Made by a program: the position numbers and the translations under genes. A stretch of DNA of 64,000 nt from positions 1-64,000 of IMG/VR virus record IMGVR_UViG_3300025930_000007, one strand, 5' to 3'. Under the pieces are notes generated by a model that did no database searches, was not told the origin of the DNA, and was given only the letters and a program-made list of their open reading frames with translations. This document shows, one piece after another, positions 57,764 through 64,000 of the stretch; within the stretch, counting starts at the first letter, position 1, and every line of letters starts with the position of its first letter.

Positions 57764-57840
57764 CCCCCGGAGGCCGAAGTCGTGGAGGCGCCGGCTTGTC
57801 ACGCCGGAGAAAGCGGGTGCGACTCCCGTCCGGGGGGCCA
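57764..57840 (+). tRNA. tRNA-Asp(GTC), second copy
   Basis: CCGGC-TTGTCAC-GCCGG. Confidence 0.85.
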
Positions 57841-57856
57841 ACCTTAGTCTCGATAC

Positions 57857-57931
57857 TCCCAGATCGTCTAACTGGTAGGACGACAGACTCTGAATCTGTA
57901 AATTGGGGTTCGAATCCCTATCTGGGAACCA
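57857..57931 (+). tRNA. tRNA-Gln(CTG)
   Basis: ACAGA-CTCTGAA-TCTGT. Confidence 0.9.
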
Positions 57932-57934
57932 GTC

Positions 57935-58249
57935 TTATGCGCCGAGATGCTTGGCGATCAGGGCCTCGAGCTGTTCCCTGGTCATCTCGCCTTCAGTCCG
58001 ATGGACCTCCTGGCCCTCCTTGAAGAAGACGAGTGCCGGCAGGCCGTCGATGTCGTAGCCGTTGGCCGACTTCTTGCACTGGTCGATCCGGGCGCCCACG
58101 ATCAGGACGGAATCGTTGTAATCGTTGGCAGCCTGCTCGATCACGGGCTTGAAGTCGACGCAATGGGTGCATTCGGGGTGCCAGAAGTCGACGATCGCGA
58201 GCGGCGCCCCCAGGACTTCGCTGAAGTTCTTGTCCGTCACGGAAAGCAT
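57935..58249 (-). CDS. Thioredoxin family protein
   Basis: 'IVDFWHPECTHC', 'IDGLPALVFFKEG..R..G'; AGGAG SD. Confidence 0.85.
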   Translation of the reverse strand: MLSVTDKNFSEVLGAPLAIVDFWHPECTHCVDFKPVIEQAANDYNDSVLIVGARIDQCKKSANGYDIDGLPALVFFKEGQEVHRTEGEMTREQLEALIAKHLGA

Positions 58250-58281
58250 TCGAATTCTCCTAATCTCCAAGCATTATACAA

Positions 58282-58356
58282 GCCGGTCTAGCTCAGCAGT
58301 AGAGCGCCCGTCTGAAAAGCGGGAGGTGGCGGGTGCGACACCCGCGGCCGGCACCA
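58282..58356 (+). tRNA. tRNA-Phe(GAA)
   Basis: CCCGT-CTGAAAA-GCGGG. Confidence 0.9.
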
Positions 58357-58363
58357 AATATTT

Positions 58364-58438
58364 GGGGGCATCGTCCAATTGGTAGGACACCAGCATGGCA
58401 TGCTGGGGATCGGGGTTCAAGTCCCCGTGCTTCCACCA
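58364..58438 (+). tRNA. tRNA-Ala(GGC)
   Basis: CCAGC-ATGGCAT-GCTGG; G3:U70. Confidence 0.9.
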
Positions 58439-58446
58439 GAAAACTT

Positions 58447-58522
58447 GCGCAGGAGAGGCACGGTGACCTCACCAGTCTCATAAGCTGGGGATAGCGGGTT
58501 CGACTCCCGCCTGTCGCTACCA
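58447..58522 (+). tRNA. tRNA with CAT anticodon (Met or Ile2), bulged acceptor stem
   Basis: CCAGT-CTCATAA-GCTGG; GTTCGA; CCA. Confidence 0.7.
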
Positions 58523-58538
58523 AGATTCCCTTATACGA

Positions 58539-58615
58539 CGCGGGGTGGAGTAGCCCGGTAACTCGCCAGGCTCATAACCTGGAAACCGCAGGTTCAAATC
58601 CTGCCCCCGCAACCA
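58539..58615 (+). tRNA. Initiator tRNA-fMet(CAT)
   Basis: CGCGGGG..CCCCGCAACCA with C1:A72 mismatch. Confidence 0.9.
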
Positions 58616-58622
58616 AAAATTC

Positions 58623-58748
58623 GGAGGCTGACTGACGAGGGTACTTCGCTGGTTCAATTCCAGCCTGCCCGACTAGGGCGCTCGGATCCCGAGCTCCCCA
58701 GCGGGCAGGCGCCCGATGCCTGGGCACCCCTTGTCTCCAATCGCCTCC
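58623..58748 (+). ncRNA. Y-RNA (YrlA)-like RNA 1
   Basis: GGAGGC/GCCTCC closing stem, GAGGGTACTTC, then T arm, acceptor-like stem and D-like arm. Confidence 0.6.
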
Positions 58749-58757
58749 AAAATCTTC

Positions 58758-58887
58758 AGGGGCTGCAGAGCGAGCTTACTTCACCAGACTCTTAATCTGG
58801 AGGACCTGGTTCGAGTCCAGGCTTCGGCCGAAAGGTCGATGTGGTGTATCGGTAGCACACTCAGTGGCTTGTTCGACAATTGCCCCT
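58758..58887 (+). ncRNA. Y-RNA-like RNA 2 containing a circularly permuted tRNA-Lys(CTT)-like module
   Basis: AGGGGC/GCCCCT stem, TTACTTC, anticodon arm, T arm, GAAA-capped acceptor stem, D arm. Confidence 0.65.
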
Positions 58888-58897
58888 ATAAAAATTC

Positions 58898-59082
58898 GCG
58901 GGCTGATGGATCGAGGTTACTTCGCCCTACAAAACCCCCGAAAAGGAAGGTCCGTCGAACCTTCCTCTACCGCGAAAGCGAACGGGTTGAGCGTGAGGTG
59001 CTTGTGGTAACACGCCGGCGCAAGCCGGAGAAGGAGGTTCGACTCCTCCCAAATCGACATGGCCTTGGCCGTAATTGCCCGC
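58898..59082 (+). ncRNA. Y-RNA-like RNA 3
   Basis: GCGGGC/GCCCGC stem, GAGGTTACTTC, D arm + GCAA-capped stem + T arm. Confidence 0.6.
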
Positions 59083-59091
59083 ATAATATTC

Positions 59092-59182
59092 GAGCGCTGA
59101 CTAGCGGCGTTACTTCGGAGCCTGGGCTCGAAGCCCGACACGGCGAAAGCCGTGGGCAAGTCGCTGCTTAATGATTGCGCTC
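59092..59182 (+). ncRNA. Y-RNA-like RNA 4 (short)
   Basis: GAGCGC/GCGCTC stem, GCGTTACTTC, two small hairpins. Confidence 0.55.
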
Positions 59183-59186
59183 ACAA

Positions 59187-59261
59187 GGGGCCATAGCTCA
59201 GCAGGGAGAGCGCCGGTTTCGCATACCGGAGACGCGAGTTCGATTCTCGCTGGTTCCACCA
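59187..59261 (+). tRNA. tRNA-Ala(CGC)
   Basis: CCGGT-TTCGCAT-ACCGG; G3:U70. Confidence 0.9.
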
Positions 59262-59282
59262 AAATTTAGCATCATCAGACCT

Positions 59283-59358
59283 GGGCCGGCATGTACCGTA
59301 GTGGCGACACTGCCTTGCAAGCAGCGTGTGGTGGGTGCGACTCCCATCCGGTCCACCA
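59283..59358 (+). tRNA. tRNA-Ala(TGC)
   Basis: CTGC-CTTGCAA-GCAG; G3:U70. Confidence 0.8.
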
Positions 59359-59365
59359 AATATTC

Positions 59366-59492
59366 GAGAGCTGCAGATTGAGGTTACTTCTCTACCACTT
59401 ACGAGACGTGGTGTAGCGGTCTGCACACCGGCCAAAAGCCGGAGGTGGTCGTCCGACTCGACCCGTTGTTGCCTTGATCATCAATTGCTCTC
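59366..59492 (+). ncRNA. Y-RNA-like RNA 5
   Basis: GAGAGC/GCTCTC stem, GAGGTTACTTC, D arm + anticodon-less stem + T-like arm. Confidence 0.6.
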
Positions 59493-59496
59493 AAAT

Positions 59497-59583
59497 GGGG
59501 TCGCTTGGAGAGAAGGATCTCCACCTGTCTGTAAAACAGGCGTCCGTTTGGACTAAGCGGCGCGATACCGCACGGCCCCACCA
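59497..59583 (+). tRNA. tRNA-Tyr(GTA)
   Basis: CCTGT-CTGTAAA-ACAGG; long variable arm. Confidence 0.8.
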
Positions 59584-59584
59584 C

Positions 59585-59660
59585 TGCCTCGTCTGTCTAA
59601 TTGGTAGGACGCCGGTCTTTGAAGCCGGAGATCTCGGTTCGAATCCGAGCGAGGCAACCA
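59585..59660 (+). tRNA. tRNA-Gln(TTG)
   Basis: CCGGT-CTTTGAA-GCCGG. Confidence 0.9.
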
Positions 59661-59673
59661 AAGCTCTCTAGAT

Positions 59674-59749
59674 GCGGCCGTGGTGTAGCTTGGTAGCACG
59701 AGAACTTGCCATGTTCTAAGCACGGGTTCAAATCCCGTCGGCCGCTCCA
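59674..59749 (+). tRNA. tRNA-Gly(GCC)
   Basis: AGAAC-TTGCCAT-GTTCT. Confidence 0.9.
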
Positions 59750-59760
59750 ATATTTCCCAT

Positions 59761-59834
59761 CGGCTCGTAGTTCAACAGCAGAACGTTCGCTTGATAAGCG
59801 AAAAACGCAGGTGCGACTCCTGCCGGGCCGACCA
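59761..59834 (+). tRNA. tRNA-Ile(GAT)
   Basis: TTCGC-TTGATAA-GCGAA. Confidence 0.85.
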
Positions 59835-59837
59835 TAC

Positions 59838-59913
59838 GGTGGCCGTGGTGTAATGGTTTGCACATCTGGTTGTGGCCCAGAGGGTGCGGGTTCGATCCCC
59901 GTCGGTCACCCCA
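59838..59913 (+). tRNA. tRNA-His(GTG)
   Basis: G-1, TCTGG-TTGTGGC-CCAGA, C73. Confidence 0.9.
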
Positions 59914-59936
59914 AAAAATAATGCTACAATGGCTGG

Positions 59937-60134
59937 GTGCCATATGTAGAACCGTCCTGGCGACAATGGCCTCAGTGGAGATGGCTCTCCCGGACTCTTT
60001 GCTTCTTCGGAAACCATCACTGGATGAGGAGCAAAAGCCTCCAGAATCTTCCGATCGCCTGCGCGGTCTGCTCGAAGAAGACGAAGCATTTCAATACGTA
60101 CATCAAGCTCGCCAAGAAACACGCCGGGCTGTAG
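59937..60134 (+). CDS. Small Cys/His hypothetical protein
   Basis: 'LCFFGNHHW..CAVC'; its stop overlaps the tRNA-Pro 5' end. Confidence 0.5.
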   Translation: MPYVEPSWRQWPQWRWLSRTLCFFGNHHWMRSKSLQNLPIACAVCSKKTKHFNTYIKLAKKHAGL

Positions 60135-60200
60135 GGTAGCGGCCAACCCGCCTGCTTCGGGAGCAGGAAATCGCGAGTTCGAATCTCGCCAGCCCGACCA
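60125..60200 (+). tRNA. tRNA-Pro(CGG)
   Basis: CCTGC-TTCGGGA-GCAGG. Confidence 0.9.
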
Positions 60201-60203
60201 TTC

Positions 60204-60280
60204 CAGGGACATGGGGAGATAGCGCCCCACCTGTTTCGGATACAGGCATAGGCCCGGTGCGAGTCCGGGGTCCCTGACCA
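60204..60280 (+). tRNA. tRNA-Pro(CGG), divergent
   Basis: CCTGT-TTCGGAT-ACAGG (A37). Confidence 0.75.
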
Positions 60281-60289
60281 AAAACTCAT

Positions 60290-60366
60290 CAGGCACAGGG
60301 TCAGATAGCGGGCCGCCTGCCTTGGAAGCAGGAGATAGACTGGTGCAAGTCCAGTGTGCCTGACCA
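60290..60366 (+). tRNA. tRNA-Pro(TGG), divergent
   Basis: CCTGC-CTTGGAA-GCAGG (A37). Confidence 0.75.
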
Positions 60367-60379
60367 ATCTTTTTAATCT

Positions 60380-60455
60380 CGGGCTCAAGGGAAGGTAGCG
60401 TCCCGCCTGTTTGGGGTACAGGAGCAGGCCGGTGCAAGTCCGGCGAGCCCGACCA
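60380..60455 (+). tRNA. tRNA-Pro(GGG)
   Basis: CCTGT-TTGGGGT-ACAGG. Confidence 0.8.
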
Positions 60456-60462
60456 AAATCAT

Positions 60463-60543
60463 CCGGAGGCAGGTCGGCTGACGGCTGGCTGGGTCGCTCC
60501 CAGCATGACAGCCGGTTGGGTTCGGTTCCCGAACTCCGGTCCA
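60463..60543 (+). ncRNA. tRNA-sized CCA-ending RNA without a normal cloverleaf
   Basis: CCGGAG/CTCCGG-T-CCA ends; one long internal hairpin. Confidence 0.4.
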
Positions 60544-60617
60544 CGGCGCGTATTTCAATAGCAGAATATCTGCGTGACATGCAGAAGATGGGGGTGCGAT
60601 TCCCTCCGCGCCGACCA
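60544..60617 (+). tRNA. tRNA-Val(GAC)
   Basis: TCTGC-GTGACAT-GCAGA. Confidence 0.85.
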
Positions 60618-60640
60618 ATCTTGTTTGCTATGATTTCGCC

Positions 60641-60838
60641 ATGGGACCCAACAAAGACGAAATCCTTCGGAACGCCAAGAAGATGGCCGAGGAAGAAAAG
60701 AAGCGACGTGCCAGCATAGCGACGGAGAAGCCCCTTGGGAGAATGCAGTCCAGGATGCCGATCGGCTGCTGGATGTGGATCCTGGCCGCGGCCGCGCTGA
60801 TCATCTGGCTCATCAAAAAGTACGGACCTGGGATATAA
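60641..60838 (+). CDS. Small membrane protein
   Basis: Charged N-terminus plus TM 'WMWILAAAALIIWLI'. Confidence 0.6.
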   Translation: MGPNKDEILRNAKKMAEEEKKRRASIATEKPLGRMQSRMPIGCWMWILAAAALIIWLIKKYGPGI

Positions 60839-60947
60839 TCCTTGCGACGGCTGAGATGGACCCCTAACTCTGGTGGCGGGGTTTCGGGTCGCGCGTCGTG
60901 AGGGTGTGTGCCTTCACGGAGGGTGTTTCGGGGCCCCGCTCCCATTT

Positions 60948-61023
60948 GCCGGCGTAGTTTAGCAGCTCTGAATGCCAGTTCGGTAAACTGGAGGTGTGGG
61001 GGCAGCACCCACCGCCGGCTCCA
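60948..61023 (+). tRNA. tRNA-Thr(GGT), atypical (C33, non-canonical T loop)
   Basis: CCAGT-TCGGTAA-ACTGG. Confidence 0.75.
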
Positions 61024-61194
61024 GAAATAAAAAACCACGGCGACAGGCCGTGGCATTTGAGGGATCGGCGAATCCCGAAATTGGGATTCGTGCGAACAAG
61101 ATACGGGAAACAATAGCGAGGTGTCCAGAAAAGAAAAAGCCCGGGGAACACCCCCGGGCCTCGAGCGGGATTCGGTGCTTGCAGTGTACCACAT

Positions 61195-61269
61195 GCTGGC
61201 ATAGCTCAATAGTAGAGCACCTGTTTTGTAAACAGGCGGTTGCCGGTGCAAGTCCGGCTGCCAGCTCCA
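61195..61269 (+). tRNA. tRNA-Thr(TGT)
   Basis: CCTGT-TTTGTAA-ACAGG. Confidence 0.9.
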
Positions 61270-61281
61270 AATATTCATCAC

Positions 61282-61355
61282 GCCGGCCTAGTTCAACAGT
61301 AGAATGCTCGCTTCATAAGTGAGAGATCCCAGGGCAGCTCTGGGGGCCGGTACCA
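61282..61355 (+). tRNA. tRNA with CAT anticodon (Met or Ile2)
   Basis: CTCGC-TTCATAA-GTGAG. Confidence 0.75.
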
Positions 61356-61387
61356 TTTCATCTACCCAAAGGAAGGATAGGAACACC

Positions 61388-61564
61388 GTGAAGTACATCG
61401 TGGAGGCCCGCGCCGGCGACCGCTGGGTGACGCTGGGCCAGCCGTACATCCTCAAGGAAAAGGCCATGGCGGCCGAGGAAGCGGCTCTGGAAAGCACGCT
61501 CTGGGAAGACGCCAGGATCCTGGTCGTGAACGATCGGCAGCAGATCGTCAAGATCATCGACTGA
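61388..61564 (+). CDS. Small hypothetical protein
   Basis: GTG at 61388 after AGGA. Confidence 0.6.
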   Translation: MKYIVEARAGDRWVTLGQPYILKEKAMAAEEAALESTLWEDARILVVNDRQQIVKIID

Positions 61565-61568
61565 CCTC

Positions 61569-61660
61569 GGAGGGGTTGGTACATAGGCAGGTCCGCTCGT
61601 TTCGAAAACGAGTAGGTCTCGAAAGGGGCCTTGCCGGTTCGACTCCGGTCCCCTCCTCCA
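61569..61660 (+). tRNA. tRNA-Ser(CGA)
   Basis: CTCGT-TTCGAAA-ACGAG; long variable arm. Confidence 0.85.
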
Positions 61661-61721
61661 GAATTCTCGATTGATGCAGCGCCTCGAGGCCGGTATACTT
61701 TCCTTATTGGGGGGTATCAAG

Positions 61722-61973
61722 ATGATCGGTTACCAGGCTCCTGCATATCGTCCGGCGCAGCGGTCTCAAATGGGCGCGATCTCGTCCATGACCGGCACGG
61801 ACTGGTTGCTGCTGCTCGGCGGCGCCGTGGTCGGCGGCGCAGGCATCAATGGGCTCCGGAATCAGTTCACGGGCCCGGAGAAGGCCAATGCGATCGGCGT
61901 GCTCGTCGACCTGGTCCTGACGGGCGTCGGCCTCACGCTCTTCATCCAGAAGGGCTCACAGGCGATCGCGTAA
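61722..61973 (+). CDS. MGA-leader two-TM protein inside the tRNA island
   Basis: MIGYQAPAYRPAQRSQMGA; own promoter TTGATG-17-TATACT at 61671-61699. Confidence 0.75.
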   Translation: MIGYQAPAYRPAQRSQMGAISSMTGTDWLLLLGGAVVGGAGINGLRNQFTGPEKANAIGVLVDLVLTGVGLTLFIQKGSQAIA

Positions 61974-62093
61974 GGCGGCGAGAATCCATCTGCTCATGCG
62001 ACGGAGATTCTCTAAAAAGAAACACCCAGGGCTCTTCGAAGGAAGAGTCCCGGGTGCGAGAGAGGGAAACCTTTCGGTACTGTAATTATACCC

Positions 62094-62184
62094 GGAGATG
62101 AAGGCAGTGGGCATGCCACCACGTCTTGAAAACGTTGGACCCGGGAAACCGGGGCGGTGGGTTCGAGTCCCCCCGTCTCCGCCA
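62094..62184 (+). tRNA. tRNA-Ser(TGA)
   Basis: ACGT-CTTGAAA-ACGT; long variable arm; G73. Confidence 0.8.
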
Positions 62185-62195
62185 AAAATCAGTGC

Positions 62196-62322
62196 AGATC
62201 GATCCGCCGTTGCTCACTGGCAGCACGAGGAATGCGCGAAGCTGGCGTGTGAATCGTGAAGGGCGTGACGGCTTCCGGAGCCTTGGGGTGCAAACACATC
62301 CTCAGCGGCGGGTCAATCTCCA
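62196..62322 (+). ncRNA. Unidentified end-closed structured RNA
   Basis: AGATCGATCCGCCGTTG..CAGCGGCGGGTCAATCT long terminal stem. Confidence 0.45.
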
Positions 62323-62325
62323 TTT

Positions 62326-62416
62326 GGAGGGGTTGGGCATTGGCAGGCCCACCTCGTTGGAAACGAGACAGCCGGCGCAAGCCGGCTTGCAGGTTCGACC
62401 CCTGTCCCCTCCGCCA
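62326..62416 (+). tRNA. tRNA-Ser(GGA)
   Basis: CTCG-TTGGAAA-CGAG; long variable arm. Confidence 0.85.
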
Positions 62417-62419
62417 GAA

Positions 62420-62905
62420 TTACTTGAAGATCGCGTAGAGGATCCCGGCGACCGCAACGGCGCCGATCGCATAAGGCGCGATCTCCTTCGCCGTGGGAGC
62501 GGCTGGCGTCGGTTCCTGAGCGACCAGAACGGTCGTCCGGGGCTGAGGATAGGCCGTCACGGGGAAGAGGTAGGGATACGGATAATAGACATTCCAGGGG
62601 TTCGGCCCAGGCGGGCACGGACCATTTCTCTTCTCGAAGGTGATCACGCCGTCCGTGTTGCACTCGAACATCTGGTAGCAGATGCTGTTCTCCACGAAAG
62701 GCTTCCCAACCGGCTTGCAGGTCTTTACGGGAGGAGGAGGCGGCGGCGGGGGCGGCGGCTCCGGTTCCGGAGCAGGTTCTGGTTCAGGAGCTGGAGGTGG
62801 CTCGGGCATCGGGGCCGGCTCAAGTGGCGCTTCATCGACGCCGAGCCGGAAAGGTGTCCCGAACAGGTATCCGGTTCTACGAAGTGAGACCAGACGCATG
62901 ACCAT
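62420..62905 (-). CDS. LG-leader Pro-rich membrane protein
   Basis: AAGGAGG SD; 'PFRLGV', poly-Pro, Cys module, C-terminal TM. Confidence 0.75.
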   Translation of the reverse strand: MVMRLVSLRRTGYLFGTPFRLGVDEAPLEPAPMPEPPPAPEPEPAPEPEPPPPPPPPPPVKTCKPVGKPFVENSICYQMFECNTDGVITFEKRNGPCPPGPNPWNVYYPYPYLFPVTAYPQPRTTVLVAQEPTPAAPTAKEIAPYAIGAVAVAGILYAIFK

Positions 62906-62982
62906 CCTCCTTTTACCGCGGTGCCGGGGGGGATGGCGACCTTGGTCTTCTTTGAGTATACTGAAACCAGGAAGGAAATAAA

Positions 62983-63714
62983 GTGAGAATTGCGATCATC
63001 TCGGATACCCATCTGAGGCACCGGAAATATCCGATCGATGTTCCTGAATGTGATCTGCTGATCCACTGCGGCGATGCCATGATCGAGGGTACGGCCGCTG
63101 AGGTCAGGATGTTCGCGTCCTGGTTCGAAGCTCTCAAAGCAAAATATAAGGTCTTCGTCGCGGGAAATCACGACTGGCTTTTCGAGAAAGACAATGCCCT
63201 GGCAAGAAGCCTTCTCCCCAAGGGCGTCATCTATCTCCAAGACAGCCAGATCGAGATCGAGGGCCTCAAGATCTACGGAAGTCCCTGGCAGCCGGAGTTC
63301 TGCGAATGGGCTTTCAACCTGAAGCGGGGCTGGCCTCTCCGGAAGAAGTGGGAGCTGATCCCGGCCGGAATCGACATCCTGATCACGCATGGACCGCCGC
63401 TCGGGATCCTGGATTTCAGCAAGTTCGGAGACGAGCATGTCGGCTGCGCGGATCTCCGGCAGGAACTTCAGCGGATCAAGCCGAAGGTGCATTGCTTCGG
63501 CCACATCCACGGAGATTATGGGACGGCCACCTGGGCAAATACGCTCTTCGTGAACGCCTCTCTCTGCGACGAGGCATACGTCGCGAATCATCCTCCGATC
63601 CTGATCGAGATGGAAGCCGGCAAGGCTCCCGTGCTTCTGAAGGCGCCTGGTCTCCCGCCTCCCACGAAGGGAGCCGTTCCCATCAGGGCAACTGGAAAAG
63701 CTCTCTGGACCTAG
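62983..63714 (+). CDS. Calcineurin-like metallophosphoesterase
   Basis: SDTH, HCGD, GNHD, THGPP and FGHIH motifs. Confidence 0.92.
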   Translation: MRIAIISDTHLRHRKYPIDVPECDLLIHCGDAMIEGTAAEVRMFASWFEALKAKYKVFVAGNHDWLFEKDNALARSLLPKGVIYLQDSQIEIEGLKIYGSPWQPEFCEWAFNLKRGWPLRKKWELIPAGIDILITHGPPLGILDFSKFGDEHVGCADLRQELQRIKPKVHCFGHIHGDYGTATWANTLFVNASLCDEAYVANHPPILIEMEAGKAPVLLKAPGLPPPTKGAVPIRATGKALWT

Positions 63715-63715
63715 A

Positions 63716-63853
63716 GAGAGTTCTTCCCAGGCGAATCCAGTGTTGAAGCTCGACGTCCGTCTAGCTAGCGCACGTCGAGGGGAAACAACGCGAATGCCGG
63801 CCGCGATGGCCGGACTGCATGCGCGCGGCTGGGTTCTCCTCGAAAGAACTCTC
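63716..63853 (+). ncRNA. Unidentified end-closed structured RNA
   Basis: GAGAGTTCTT..AAGAACTCTC terminal stem. Confidence 0.45.
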
Positions 63854-63857
63854 AACT

Positions 63858-63954
63858 GGAAGCGACGCGGATAGCAGGTGGCCGCAACGATTTGCTAAAT
63901 CGTCCACCCGGCACAAACCGGGTGTTGCCGGGGCAGCACCGGCCGCTTCCGCCA
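63858..63954 (+). tRNA. tRNA-Ser(GCT)
   Basis: ACGAT-TTGCTAA-ATCGT; long variable arm; G73 CCA. Confidence 0.8.
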
Positions 63955-64000
63955 AAATTTCTGATTCGCTTTTTTGTTCTTGACAGAAAGCGATTCATCC

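Noticed and set aside
59772-62887. ORF-track entries overlapping tRNA genes (e.g. 59772-60437, 60628-61281, 62126-62887)
   Set aside because: They run across clear tRNA cloverleafs and are spurious
56950-63954. Stop-codon reassignment or suppressor/Sec tRNAs
   Set aside because: No CTA, TTA or TCA anticodon found; TAA, TAG and TGA all end well-packed genes

Overview
This 64-kb window looks like part of a large bacterial virus or virus-like extrachromosomal element. Genes are almost all on the + strand, with sigma70-type promoters and Shine-Dalgarno sites. It has four zones. (1) 1-23 kb: virion fibre genes, including five collagen (G-X-Q) fibres that share one N-terminal anchor but have different heads. 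(2) 23-31 kb: a glycosylation cassette with a GT2-like protein, a SAM methyltransferase and a 1211-aa protein with five GT-A/GT2 modules. (3) 32-56 kb: about 30 small, mostly membrane-anchored proteins, most starting with a basic leader ending in [LM]-G-[QAE], plus a candidate Cys-His-Asp protease. (4) 56-64 kb: an RNA island with tmRNA, 29 tRNA genes, five related Y-RNA-like ncRNAs containing tRNA fragments, and other structured RNAs. No terminase, portal, tape-measure or major capsid gene could be recognised in the window. The strongest unexplained signals are: a 9-copy conserved 5' leader element (promoter, hairpin with a UCCCC loop, then UCCGCCC, often pairing with the RBS); a separately transcribed RNA whose G-rich loop is complementary to both C-rich elements; the shared [LM]G[QAE] pro-peptide; and the Y-RNA-like family. 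All family assignments come from motif recognition by eye, not database searches.
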